36,601 nucleotides of DNA from positions 1-36,601 of the forward strand of contig JBBIPP010000012.1 of assembly GCA_037442745.1 (NCBI GenBank). Direction: 5' to 3'. The notes beneath the pieces are model-generated. The model ran no database searches. It was given only the letters and a program-made list of their open reading frames with translations, and was not told the DNA's origin. The translations under genes were made by a program, and so were the position numbers. Source of the DNA: an archaeon (GTDB lineage: Archaea; SpSt-1190; DYHY01). Positions within the stretch are counted from its first letter, which is position 1, and every line of letters begins with the position of its first letter. Positions 24,869 to 33,981 of the stretch are shown here, piece after piece.

Positions 24869-25261
24869 ATGGTCGCATGCTTTGTTGCGCTAGGGGTGTT
24901 TTCAATCCTTGGTATATTCTCCCTGAAATACCGCCGGCTTGCTTGGGAGGCATTCGATTGTGTTTTCCGTCGCCTGACGTTTCGCCCCTGCGTCTCGAGG
25001 CTTGACGATAGAATAAAGGCGAAAATTGTCTCAAAAATCCTCCCGAAAAGTCCCAGAATTGCCCGGTTCGTCTCTAGGAATTTCGAAATGCTTTCCTGGA
25101 TTTTCGTTATAATGTCAGCAATAAGCCTTTTTTTCATTCTGCAGGGCTTTTGGAATTTTTACATGTTCGGGAACTGCAACGGCCCGGCGGGCGGTTTCTG
25201 CATTTACGAGGGGGTTGCCGATTCAATTGCCTGCGCGAACAACACGACAGTTGCCAATTAA
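24869..25261 (+). CDS. 2-TM membrane protein with six cysteines
   Basis: C4, C31-x9-C41 in a basic loop, C103-x7-C111 and C122 after TM2. Confidence 0.8.
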   Translation: MVACFVALGVFSILGIFSLKYRRLAWEAFDCVFRRLTFRPCVSRLDDRIKAKIVSKILPKSPRIARFVSRNFEMLSWIFVIMSAISLFFILQGFWNFYMFGNCNGPAGGFCIYEGVADSIACANNTTVAN

Positions 25262-25284
25262 GGGGGCTTTCTTGCAACTTACGT

Positions 25285-25590
25285 TCATTCGCTGCGGCTT
25301 GCGGGAGGCTCTTTTGCTTCTTTCCTCTTTCCAAATCCAAGGACAAGCCTCTCCTTTCCGGCCTTCCCGAGAGCCTTTATTGCCCTCTCCCTTTTCATTG
25401 CAAGTGGCCTAGTCTCAAAAGTTTCAAGATGGACTAGAGCAACAGGCCCCCTTCCCCTTGTGTACTTCGCACCCTTGCCAATCTGATGCTCAACAACCCT
25501 TCTCTCAATGTTGTCGGTAGAGCCGACATAGAGCGTTCCGTCTGAGCACCTGAGGACATATACGTAAAACACCTTTCCGGAATTGTCCAT
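25285..25590 (-). CDS. GIY-YIG nuclease family protein (UPF0213-like)
   Basis: FYVYVLRCSDGTLYVGST..IERRVVEHQIGKGAKYTRGRGPV...AMKRERAIK. Confidence 0.92.
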   Translation of the reverse strand: MDNSGKVFYVYVLRCSDGTLYVGSTDNIERRVVEHQIGKGAKYTRGRGPVALVHLETFETRPLAMKRERAIKALGKAGKERLVLGFGKRKEAKEPPASRSE

Positions 25591-25643
25591 TGCCCCTGCC
25601 CCGACGGGCAGGTTTTTTAAAGAGCGCATACAATACCTCCGCC

Positions 25644-26345
25644 ATGCCCGATGAAAAATTCACGGTCAAGCCAGTCGCGAATCGGATGAGAGCGTCCTCA
25701 GTTAGTTCTGACCAGATAGCCGATCTCTTCCACGCTGTCTCTGAACAGAATTCGCTTGTGGAGGATTTCCTCCGTGATTCTGAGGAGAAATTCGCTGAGC
25801 TCACCCGCAGGATATCTTCGGTTGAAGAGAACACGAAAAATCCGGGGGCAGTTCTTGCGCAATACTCGTCTAGGGACACTTCAGTCGCAAACTCAATCTC
25901 TGAACTCAGAAACTCCCAAAAAGAGGACAGGGACAGCATATCCGCCCTTAGAAACGAGCTGAACAAGTGGGAGCACGAGATAAACGAGCGGTTCATAACT
26001 CTTGAAAAGCAGAGGGTTTCCGGGGGAGCTTTCTCTCCGGGAATAATAGAGGGCCTGACTGAAAGACTCTCCGAGATTGAGAGGAAGCTCCGGCTCCTTG
26101 ATTCCGCGACAAGCTCGCTTGAGAAGCTCTCGTCAGAAATATCCGCCAAGGCGGAAGCGGCATATTCCGGAGGGGCGTATTCGAAGAAGATTTCCGAACT
26201 TGAAATCAAGGTCGGGTCGTTTCCCGACGCAAATGAGCTAATGAGGCGCCTCCAAGCAATTGAGATGAGGGCGGCAGGCCTCGAGATATCTGTCAAGAAG
26301 ATAAATAAGCAGATAATCCTCCTCGGGCCTCACGTGATAGAGTGA
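25644..26345 (+). CDS. coiled-coil hypothetical protein
   Basis: heptad-like E/K/L/S-rich sequence; ATG 25644 downstream of ttttttaaa. Confidence 0.75.
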   Translation: MPDEKFTVKPVANRMRASSVSSDQIADLFHAVSEQNSLVEDFLRDSEEKFAELTRRISSVEENTKNPGAVLAQYSSRDTSVANSISELRNSQKEDRDSISALRNELNKWEHEINERFITLEKQRVSGGAFSPGIIEGLTERLSEIERKLRLLDSATSSLEKLSSEISAKAEAAYSGGAYSKKISELEIKVGSFPDANELMRRLQAIEMRAAGLEISVKKINKQIILLGPHVIE

Positions 26346-26614
26346 AGAAAATGGCAATAAAAGACGAAAGGTTCAAAAGAAAGCTCGATGTGTCTTTCTT
26401 CGTTCTAAGCAAGAAGTTCAAGGGATTGGACAGGGCCCGACTTGAGGAGGAGACCGAAAAAGCGCTTGCGCTCTCAATAGGCCCCGACACTGATTCCAAA
26501 GTTTCTTCAATGGATGACGAGGAAATAATCCCTGTCCTAAACGACGCTGTTGAGATTGCGCGGAAGAACTATGTAATGACTCTTCCGAGAAAGAGGGGAA
26601 AAGCTCCCTCCTGA
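26342..26614 (+). CDS. hypothetical protein (~87-90 aa)
   Basis: overlaps the previous stop (GTGA); alternative ATG at 26351. Confidence 0.65.
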   Translation: MKKMAIKDERFKRKLDVSFFVLSKKFKGLDRARLEEETEKALALSIGPDTDSKVSSMDDEEIIPVLNDAVEIARKNYVMTLPRKRGKAPS

Positions 26615-26681
26615 ACCGGTGGTTTTCTTCCGATTCGGCACTAATAAAAAGAGCATTTTTGTTCTCTTTCCGACATACAAA

Positions 26682-28049
26682 ATGAATTCGCAGGAAAACT
26701 TTGAAATAGAGCTCCCTCTGATGCCCGGGGAGATAGATCCAAAAGCCAGAAAAAGGCATTCCAACGAAAAAACGCATAAAACGCACCCAAAAGGGCATGC
26801 GGAAATTGCCTCATTTTCAGAGCTCAATGTTAGGCCGGAGATTTCGAACGCGCTCCTGAGACTAGGCTTCGACAAGCCGTTTCCGATACAAGCCAAGGGG
26901 AGTCTTCCGGCAATTGAGGGAAACGATCTGATTGCCCAGGCCCAAACGGGGACTGGAAAGACGCTCGTCTTTGGAATAGCAATTCTCGAGCAATTCTCAG
27001 GCGAGGACGGAATTTTCGCTCTCGTTATTGTTCCGACAAGGGAGCTCGCAGTCCAGGTATCTGAGGAGATAGTGAAATTCTCTACAAATCCCCCGAGAGT
27101 CGTCCCGGTATATGGCGGGGTGTCAATTGAGAACCAGATAGACCGGCTTAGGAGGGCGACAGTTGTTGTCGGAACTCCGGGGAGGATACTCGACCACATT
27201 TCCCGCGGGACAATAGATTTCTCAAGAGTCAAGATCCTTGTCCTAGACGAGGTTGACCGTATGCTTGACATGGGTTTCATTGAGGATATTGAGCAGATTG
27301 TCTCAAGGCTCCCGAGGGAGAGGCAGACAATGTTCTTCTCAGCAACAATCCCTGACAGGATAAAGAGGCTCTCTGAGAGGTTCCTCAAAAGGGAAAAAGT
27401 CGAGGTCTCTGCTGGCGGGCCTCCTGCCGCGGAAAAAGTCGCCCAGTTCTATTCGGACACTGAGGAATATAACAAGCCGGCCAAGCTACTGAAAATCCTC
27501 ACTACCAGAAGGACTCCGGGGCTAACAATAATATTCACCCGGACGAAAATAAAGGCGCACCTCGTCGGAAGCTTCCTGAAGAAGAACGGGATAATTTCCG
27601 AGAGCACGCACGGGGATCTCTCCCAGTCGAAGAGGGAGCGCGTGATGTCCTCTTTCAAGGAAGGGGAGCTTGCAGTCCTCGTTGCAACTGACGTTGCCGC
27701 AAGGGGCCTAGATATTGAGGGCGTCTCAAGAGTGATTAACTACGACTTCCCGGACGACCTTGACACATATATCCACAGGATTGGGAGAACTGCCAGGGCG
27801 GGAGCGGAAGGCGAGGCAATAACCTTCATTGTAAAAGACAACCACCTTGCCTTTAGGAAACTGATGAGCGTTCTCGACGGAAAAATTGCAAAGCTCGAGA
27901 TTCCGGTTCTTCTAGGAGAGGAAAAAAGGCTGGGGCGTTTTGAAGGGAGTAGGCCAAGGGGAAGGTTCAGATATTCTCAAGGAGGCTCGGGAAGAAGGGG
28001 CCCGCCAATTGGAAGAGGCGGAGGAAAATCAAGGAACAGACGTCAATGA
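26682..28049 (+). CDS. DEAD-box ATP-dependent RNA helicase
   Basis: Q motif GFDKPFPIQ, AQTGTGKT, PTRELA, TPGR, DEVD, SAT, ARGLD, HRIGRTAR, RG-rich tail. Confidence 0.96.
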   Translation: MNSQENFEIELPLMPGEIDPKARKRHSNEKTHKTHPKGHAEIASFSELNVRPEISNALLRLGFDKPFPIQAKGSLPAIEGNDLIAQAQTGTGKTLVFGIAILEQFSGEDGIFALVIVPTRELAVQVSEEIVKFSTNPPRVVPVYGGVSIENQIDRLRRATVVVGTPGRILDHISRGTIDFSRVKILVLDEVDRMLDMGFIEDIEQIVSRLPRERQTMFFSATIPDRIKRLSERFLKREKVEVSAGGPPAAEKVAQFYSDTEEYNKPAKLLKILTTRRTPGLTIIFTRTKIKAHLVGSFLKKNGIISESTHGDLSQSKRERVMSSFKEGELAVLVATDVAARGLDIEGVSRVINYDFPDDLDTYIHRIGRTARAGAEGEAITFIVKDNHLAFRKLMSVLDGKIAKLEIPVLLGEEKRLGRFEGSRPRGRFRYSQGGSGRRGPPIGRGGGKSRNRRQ

Positions 28050-29026
28050 CAAGTGGAAAGGAAAACGGAAGGGCTGAGATGAAGGCGCTTTCCAAGAAAA
28101 GAGATTATGCAATAGAGGTGCGTGGCCTCTCGAAGAGATTCAAGGGGCGCACTGTTCTAGATTCAGTGAGCCTTGCAGTCGAGAAAGGGGAGATTTTCGG
28201 GATTCTCGGGCCTAACGGAGCCGGAAAGACGACAATTGTCAACTGCATTTGCGGTCTTGTCTCTCCTGATTCCGGGGATTGCCTGGTTTTCGGCAAGAAT
28301 ACGCGCTCCATGGGAAAGCGGATTTTTGAGGAGATAAATTTCGTTTCCGGGAATTCCGCGTTCCACCGTAAGGAGACTCCAATAGACATATTGTCGTTCT
28401 ATTCTGGAGTCTATGAGAACCCGGAAAATACCGGCAAGTTGGTTGAACTCTTCGGAATAGCCCCCTTCCTTGACAGGGAATTCGGAAGCCTCTCAACCGG
28501 CCAGAAATCAAGGGTTCTCCTTGCAAAAGCCCTGATTAACCGGCCGAAGATTCTAATTCTCGACGAGCCGACCCTCGGGCTTGATCCAGACATTTCAAAG
28601 ACTGTGCGGGAAATGATATGGAAGGTTTCAGCAGAGGGGACAACAGTTCTTCTGACAAGCCACTACATGAACGAGATAGAGGAGCTCTGCCGGAGAATTG
28701 CTTTCGTGTCGAAAGGGAGGATTCTTGACATCGGGTCAGTCTCGCGCCTGAAGAAATCCAGGCTAGGGCGGAAAGCGACGTTCAGGTTCGTACTCTCAAA
28801 GTGTCCGGTTTCCAGACGGGAGGCTGGCCTGAAAAATCTCATGAAGCAAGGGTTTTCATTTTCAAACGGAGTTGTCTCAAAGACGGGCTTTCCGGGAGAC
28901 GTGCTTGAAATAATCTCCCAAATAAGAAAGTCAGGACTCTCGTTTGACGAGTTCGACCTCTCCAAGCCCAACCTCGAGGACTATTTCCTTGAAATGACGC
29001 GCATTAGCGATGAGGAGGCTCCCTGA
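28046..29026 (+). CDS. ABC transporter ATP-binding protein
   Basis: GPNGAGKT, LSTGQ, ILDEPT, TSH. Confidence 0.95.
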   Translation: MTSGKENGRAEMKALSKKRDYAIEVRGLSKRFKGRTVLDSVSLAVEKGEIFGILGPNGAGKTTIVNCICGLVSPDSGDCLVFGKNTRSMGKRIFEEINFVSGNSAFHRKETPIDILSFYSGVYENPENTGKLVELFGIAPFLDREFGSLSTGQKSRVLLAKALINRPKILILDEPTLGLDPDISKTVREMIWKVSAEGTTVLLTSHYMNEIEELCRRIAFVSKGRILDIGSVSRLKKSRLGRKATFRFVLSKCPVSRREAGLKNLMKQGFSFSNGVVSKTGFPGDVLEIISQIRKSGLSFDEFDLSKPNLEDYFLEMTRISDEEAP

Positions 29027-29028
29027 AA

Positions 29029-29799
29029 ATGGGCTCCCTCAAAAGAATCTTCTCGACAGTCAAAAGGTTCTTCAGAATACTCTTCAGGTCGAACTCAAGG
29101 AAAGTCGAATTAATCTATGACCCAATAGTCCTCCTAATAACATGGGGCTTTTTCTTCATAACATTCAAGGACTCTCCAATTGCGGCCGTGTTCTTCTCCT
29201 CAAGCATTCTTTGGCACCTCTCATACTCATTCCAGAGCACTTTCAACCTGATGACTTTGGAGGATGTCTGGAACGACTGCTTCAAGGAGTCAATAATAAT
29301 CCCCCTGACTTTTCTCGAATACTTGGCCTCAAAGGCAATAGCTTCGCTCATCAGGAACCTGATAAAGGTTGTTGCAATGATTTCACTTGCGACATTCTTT
29401 TTCGGATATTCGGTTTTCCTGAAGAATCCGGTCGAATATTCCCTGATATTGGCCGAACTTTTCCTCCTTGCGACGGCGGTCGCGCTCTCAATTGACTCGA
29501 TAATACTCGTCGCCGGAAGGGAGGCCCAGACCCTTGCCTGGTCAGCGAACAGCCTGATAATACTCTTCGCATGCCCCTATTATCCACTTGAAATACTTCC
29601 CGGATTCCTACAGCCAATTGCTGAATTCTCCCCCTATTTCGCCCCGTTCCAGCAAATGAAAGGCCTCGTTCTTGGGGCTGGCGCCGGATTTTCCTTTTGG
29701 AACCTTGTCCCAATAGCAGTCTATCTTGGAATATCGGCAATCCTATTCTCCCTTGCAATATCGAAATCCAGGAAAGACGGGAATCTTGCAAGGTTTTGA
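29029..29799 (+). CDS. ABC-2 type transporter permease
   Basis: about 6 TM segments, YYPLEILPGFLQPIAEFSP; follows the ATPase gene. Confidence 0.9.
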   Translation: MGSLKRIFSTVKRFFRILFRSNSRKVELIYDPIVLLITWGFFFITFKDSPIAAVFFSSSILWHLSYSFQSTFNLMTLEDVWNDCFKESIIIPLTFLEYLASKAIASLIRNLIKVVAMISLATFFFGYSVFLKNPVEYSLILAELFLLATAVALSIDSIILVAGREAQTLAWSANSLIILFACPYYPLEILPGFLQPIAEFSPYFAPFQQMKGLVLGAGAGFSFWNLVPIAVYLGISAILFSLAISKSRKDGNLARF

Positions 29800-29834
29800 A
29801 CTGCCAAATATCTGCAAGTTGCCCGCGGTATTTA

Positions 29835-30644
29835 TCAGAGCTTCATTCCGTCTGAGAGAAGGAGGTCGTTGCTTTCCCCGATTGTATCTACAAGCTCTTC
29901 TCCCGAGAAAGCGCGTATTTTCCCTTCGGAGGCTTTTTCCAGGAACTCCCTAGCTTCCTTTGTGAGCCCCAGCCAATAGACAATTGCCCCGGCGCCGAAT
30001 AGGCCGGTATAGAAAGCCAGTTGGCTCCTGAAATCCTCCTTTGCTTCGGAGAGAGTTCCAAAAGTCGCCTTGCTCTCGAGCCATTTGCACTCGTTTTCCG
30101 CTCCCGGAATCTTTTCAAGGCCCTCGAACAAAAAGTCTGGAGTCTTTCCCCCTTTATCCTGTTCTTTTTCGGTCCTGAACTTGCTTATTCCTATTTTTGC
30201 AAGGAATTTGGCGGAGAATTCCTCCCCTAGTTCCCCCTTCCTTTTCATATATGAGAGCGCCCGCGGGGAATGGAGCCAGTCAGTCCTTGTCGCTTCACAC
30301 ATTTCCCTATAGACTCTCGCTTCCCTTGATTCTTTTCTCGCTTTCTCGGGCGCCCTTTCGCTCGAGGCGGCGGAAGAGAGTATTCTCTGGAAATCCTTTC
30401 TCGTAAAGCCAATGTCCTGCCTCAGATGATATGCGACGGCAATCGGGAACACCCCGTATTCGGAGGCGAGCTCCGAGAAGCTTTTCCCCCCTAGCCAGTC
30501 TTTCTTTATCCGGAGATAGTTGTTCCGTATCCTGAACGAGTATTTTTTCGCCTTTTTTATCCCTTTTTGAATCAGGAGGGCGGAGAGTGCTGAATTGGAA
30601 AATCCCCTTCCGGAAAGCTTTTCAAAGTCTTCAGGGGAATTCAA
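29835..30644 (-). CDS. C15orf41/CDIN1-family (TPD domain) PD-(D/E)xK nuclease-like protein
   Basis: N-terminal HTH, KGELGE, KTPDFLF...WLESKATFG, QLAFYTGLFGAGAIVYWLG. Confidence 0.8.
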   Translation of the reverse strand: MNSPEDFEKLSGRGFSNSALSALLIQKGIKKAKKYSFRIRNNYLRIKKDWLGGKSFSELASEYGVFPIAVAYHLRQDIGFTRKDFQRILSSAASSERAPEKARKESREARVYREMCEATRTDWLHSPRALSYMKRKGELGEEFSAKFLAKIGISKFRTEKEQDKGGKTPDFLFEGLEKIPGAENECKWLESKATFGTLSEAKEDFRSQLAFYTGLFGAGAIVYWLGLTKEAREFLEKASEGKIRAFSGEELVDTIGESNDLLLSDGMKL

Positions 30645-30705
30645 GAGTTCCTCGACTGCCCTTATTTCCCCCTCTGATTGCCCCCTTGCGGGAGTCGAAT
30701 CTTTC

Positions 30706-31377
30706 CTAGACTCTGATAAGCTCGTGCTTTACCTCACCGTTTTCCATCAATTCAATAATTGCGGCATACCCGTCGCAGAGAGCGCCCGGGTTGACAATTG
30801 TCGTTTTTCCTATTTTGTCGACTCCCCTTGCCTCGTGTATGTGGCCGCAGATTACGAGGTTCGGCTGTTCGGTTTCAATTACGTCCCTGAGGAACTCGCT
30901 TCCGACATGGCTTCCCGAGAATATTACGTCAACCTTGGTGTTTGCCGGCGGGACGTGGGAGACCAAGACCCTTTTTTCGCAATTCTTCATTTCAGAGAGG
31001 GTGTAATTGACTGCCTCGTAATTGAAAACTGGAACTCCGCCAATACTCACAGCCGAAGGGCCAGAGAAACCGACGAATCCGACGTTCTTGTGGACAACTC
31101 CCTTGTTATGTATGTCCAAATCCTTCGATCTCAGGAATTTCCCGACTTCTTTTATGTCCTCGTTTCCAGAAATTGCGAGAACTGGTCTCTTTGCCTTTTC
31201 AAGAGTCTCGAAAATGTCGTGGGCAGCCTTTAGGGGGCCGAAACTTGTAATGTCCCCTGCGACAATTATCATGTCAGGGTTCCGCTCGTCGACAATGTCA
31301 AGGAGAGCTTTCGCTTTGTAGAGTTCGTTATGTATGTCAGATACTGCAAGTATTCTCATTTCTGTTTTTTGGGGCAT
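30706..31377 (-). CDS. calcineurin-like metallophosphoesterase
   Basis: SDIH, AGDI, GNED, SHVPP, HVGS, CGHIHE, NPG. Confidence 0.93.
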   Translation of the reverse strand: MPQKTEMRILAVSDIHNELYKAKALLDIVDERNPDMIIVAGDITSFGPLKAAHDIFETLEKAKRPVLAISGNEDIKEVGKFLRSKDLDIHNKGVVHKNVGFVGFSGPSAVSIGGVPVFNYEAVNYTLSEMKNCEKRVLVSHVPPANTKVDVIFSGSHVGSEFLRDVIETEQPNLVICGHIHEARGVDKIGKTTIVNPGALCDGYAAIIELMENGEVKHELIRV

Positions 31378-31577
31378 TTTCGTTTCCTTTTATACTTGTG
31401 CCTTTGCCTATAAATACTCTTTACCATTTAAAAGTGAAGTATTTCAAACAAACAAGACAAATATTCTCAATGTCAAGAAAAAAGCCGCCCGCACCAATTT
31501 TCCGATGGAAAAGAACCCCAAATTGACATAATCCCCGGAGACGGAAAAATGGGCGGACAGTCAGGCTTTACCAGAAA

Positions 31578-31811
31578 ATGAAGAATGACCAAATTCTTCT
31601 CGGAACCAAGAGCTGTTCCGGGGAAGCGGTCATCTATTCAGGCAGAGTGGCGTCAGCAGTTTTCGGCTGGTTCCTCAATTTGGCAAAGAACGCCCTCTAC
31701 AAGGGAAGGAAGAATTCGGCAGAGCCAAAATGGCTAGACGCCAGCCTGAACAACAGGGGCAGTTCTGTTGAGCCTCTCAGGCGCGGAGAAACTTCATTTC
31801 CCGGGGAATAG
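31578..31811 (+). CDS. hypothetical protein (77 aa)
   Basis: ATG ORF filling the gap, convergent with the AN1 gene; no motif. Confidence 0.4.
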   Translation: MKNDQILLGTKSCSGEAVIYSGRVASAVFGWFLNLAKNALYKGRKNSAEPKWLDASLNNRGSSVEPLRRGETSFPGE

Positions 31812-31814
31812 TGC

Positions 31815-32099
31815 CTAAATCCCTCTTCTGAATTTGCCCAGTCCCGGGCAGTTGTGGCTCTCGGGAAGCCGGTGGGTAGAGCAATGTAATTGGCCACAGA
31901 ACTTGCATCTGAAAGGAAGCGGTTCCGCTTTACAGCAGAAATAGCAAAACCCAGAGAATTTCGTGTTTCTCGATTTCTCCTTGAAATTTCTTTTACCGGA
32001 AGCCCAATTTTCAGGGAACAATTTTTCAGCTTGCCTGCCACCTTTCCCGAGGAAGGCGAAACAGAAAAAGAGGAAAAGCGCAAAAGCCCCCGTCCCCAA
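31815..32099 (-). CDS. membrane-anchored AN1-type zinc finger protein
   Basis: CYFC...LPFRCKFCGQLHCSTHRLPESHNC; hydrophobic N-terminus; start uncertain. Confidence 0.8.
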   Translation of the reverse strand: MGTGAFALFLFFCFAFLGKGGRQAEKLFPENWASGKRNFKEKSRNTKFSGFCYFCCKAEPLPFRCKFCGQLHCSTHRLPESHNCPGLGKFRRGI

Positions 32100-32180
32100 A
32101 ACAAGGAAATAGCCAGCATCAATTCAACCAGCGAAAATAGTCAAGCTTTAAAATATGTTCAGGCTAAAGCACCGAATCAA

Positions 32181-32693
32181 ATGGAAAAAAAGGAAAATTC
32201 GCCAGCCGGTTTCTTCAAGGACTTTATTCCCTATTCGCTCGGGATTTTCGCAATTGCAGTCGCCCTCCTCTTCATTCTCCCGAAATGGCAGCCAGCCCCA
32301 TCATCAATTGATTTCGTCGACGCAAAAGTCATCCAGGCAGCCCAAGGACAGACAATTGTCGAAATGACCATTTCGTGGAGCGCCCCGCATACAGGCAACT
32401 GCTATCTCGCAAACGATGTGAGGCCTGCCGGAGCTCCTAAAGGGGAGCCAGAGACTGAAGAATGGAGCGCGAACCACCTGATAAGATACAACCTCAGGAA
32501 CGGCCAGACTCTTGTCGAATACTGGATAAATGTGGAAGTTCTCGAAGCCCGAAAAAGCACAAGAACTTTCAACTACATTATCGAGAATCCGCCCAATGGA
32601 GCAACAGCCCTAGACCTCTATTCTGAACTGAAATGCGACGACACTTCCCTCGGGATTGCAAAGAAGACAATAGAGTATTCAGCTCCGAACTGA
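32181..32693 (+). CDS. membrane-anchored hypothetical protein with beta-rich external domain
   Basis: ATG 32181; TM YSLGIFAIAVALLFIL; the upstream part of the ORF-track frame overlaps the AN1 gene. Confidence 0.7.
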   Translation: MEKKENSPAGFFKDFIPYSLGIFAIAVALLFILPKWQPAPSSIDFVDAKVIQAAQGQTIVEMTISWSAPHTGNCYLANDVRPAGAPKGEPETEEWSANHLIRYNLRNGQTLVEYWINVEVLEARKSTRTFNYIIENPPNGATALDLYSELKCDDTSLGIAKKTIEYSAPN

Positions 32694-32695
32694 CA

Positions 32696-33526
32696 ATGGA
32701 ACTGAACGGAAAGCTCGTCTACTTTGCTTCTCTGGCAGTTTTCTTTCTGATAGCTTTCCCCTCGTTCTCAGTCCCAGAAGCCCCCCCATTGATTTCATCC
32801 AATCTGGTCGACCGGGCGGGAATATTCGACTCTGAGGCTTCGAGAAACTTTGAGACTGCCCTTCAGGCACTTGAAAAGGAGACTGCCGGAGTCCAGTTAG
32901 TTGTTTTCATTGACAGGAAAATGCCGGAGGGGGTGAGCGTTGAGGAATATTCCATCTCAATTGCGGAGAAGAACAAGATTGGAAAAGCTGGAAAGGACAA
33001 CGGGATTCTCCTCTATGTTGCAATAGAGGACAAGGCGTATCGCTGGGAAGTCGGATATGGCGTTGAGTCAACCCTTTCCGCGCCCCTTCTCGGGAAGATC
33101 TCCAGAGACTATCTTCTTCCTGATTTCAGGGAGGGAAACTATGCCCTCGGAATACTCAAGGCAACTGACGCTGTTGGAAAAATTCTCCTGAATTCCACAG
33201 ACCCGGATATTGTCCGGATGAAGGAGGATGCAAAAGCGGACCTTTCCCGGGATCCTGTTGACATCGCAATAATTGCTATTTTCCTCATTGTCATCGGATG
33301 GATGTTTTTTTCATTCGTTTTTTCGGCAATTGCCCTTGCGAGGGATGCGAAAAACGAAAAAGGCCGGAAAGGCAAGAGGAAATATTTCGACGCAGCATCC
33401 CTGATTTTCCTCCCTTCCTATGGCTCTTGGGGAGGAAATGGCGGTTTTGGAGGAGGAGGGGGTCTCGGAGGGTTCTCCGGTGGCGGAGGGTCTTTTGGGG
33501 GCGGAGGTTTTTCAGGGAAATGGTAG
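32696..33526 (+). CDS. TPM domain protein (YgcG-like)
   Basis: LVDRAGIF, IGKAGKDNGILLYVA, WEVGYGVE, C-terminal GGFSGGGGSFGGGGFSGKW. Confidence 0.92.
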   Translation: MELNGKLVYFASLAVFFLIAFPSFSVPEAPPLISSNLVDRAGIFDSEASRNFETALQALEKETAGVQLVVFIDRKMPEGVSVEEYSISIAEKNKIGKAGKDNGILLYVAIEDKAYRWEVGYGVESTLSAPLLGKISRDYLLPDFREGNYALGILKATDAVGKILLNSTDPDIVRMKEDAKADLSRDPVDIAIIAIFLIVIGWMFFSFVFSAIALARDAKNEKGRKGKRKYFDAASLIFLPSYGSWGGNGGFGGGGGLGGFSGGGGSFGGGGFSGKW

Positions 33527-33727
33527 GAAGAAAAGCCGGCAGAGGAGGCAGAGCCAAGAGGATAGGTCCAGATCAGGGATTTTTCGGCAATGGAGTTTTC
33601 TGGAAATTGTGAGCTCCTAAGAACAAAGCATCCGGAATTCAAGGGACCCGGAATCTGGAGGATTCTCCATTAAAACGCCACCATTTCCCTGCGAAAACTT
33701 AAAAGCACTTGGTGAAGTTAATGCCCC

Positions 33728-33967
33728 ATGAAAATGAACCAGTTCGAACCGCTCGGTTGCCCTAGATGTTCCGGCCTCTTCAAGGCAGTTATGAGGAAAA
33801 TGAGGCATCCGTCAGGAGCAATCATTGACATCTGCGACAAGTGCGGGGGAATGTGGCTTGACGGGCCAGAAGTGAAACAGCTATACAAGTTCTCTGTGAG
33901 GGAAGAGATAAGGAATTCCCTTGTCCTAAAAACAGTCTCAAAGGCTACGAAGAAAAATAAAAAATGA
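33728..33967 (+). CDS. zf-TFIIB-like zinc ribbon protein
   Basis: CPRC...IDICDKCGGMWLDGPE. Confidence 0.85.
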   Translation: MKMNQFEPLGCPRCSGLFKAVMRKMRHPSGAIIDICDKCGGMWLDGPEVKQLYKFSVREEIRNSLVLKTVSKATKKNKK

Positions 33968-33981
33968 GTTGAATAAGGAAA

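Noticed and set aside
25285-25590. GIY-YIG gene as a homing endonuclease or mobile element
   Set aside because: Short stand-alone UPF0213 type, not in an intron or intein, no flanking repeats seen
25505-27388. Long minus-strand ORFs 25505-26296 and 26537-27388
   Set aside because: Ser/Phe-rich antisense shadows of the coiled-coil and helicase genes; the same applies to most other overlapping ORFs in the track
33424-33520. G-rich low-complexity stretch
   Set aside because: Encodes the ordinary Gly-rich tail of TPM/YgcG proteins
33520-33612. 30-aa ORF MVGRKAGRGGRAKRIGPDQGFFGNGVFWKL overlapping the TPM stop
   Set aside because: No independent SD, motif or other support
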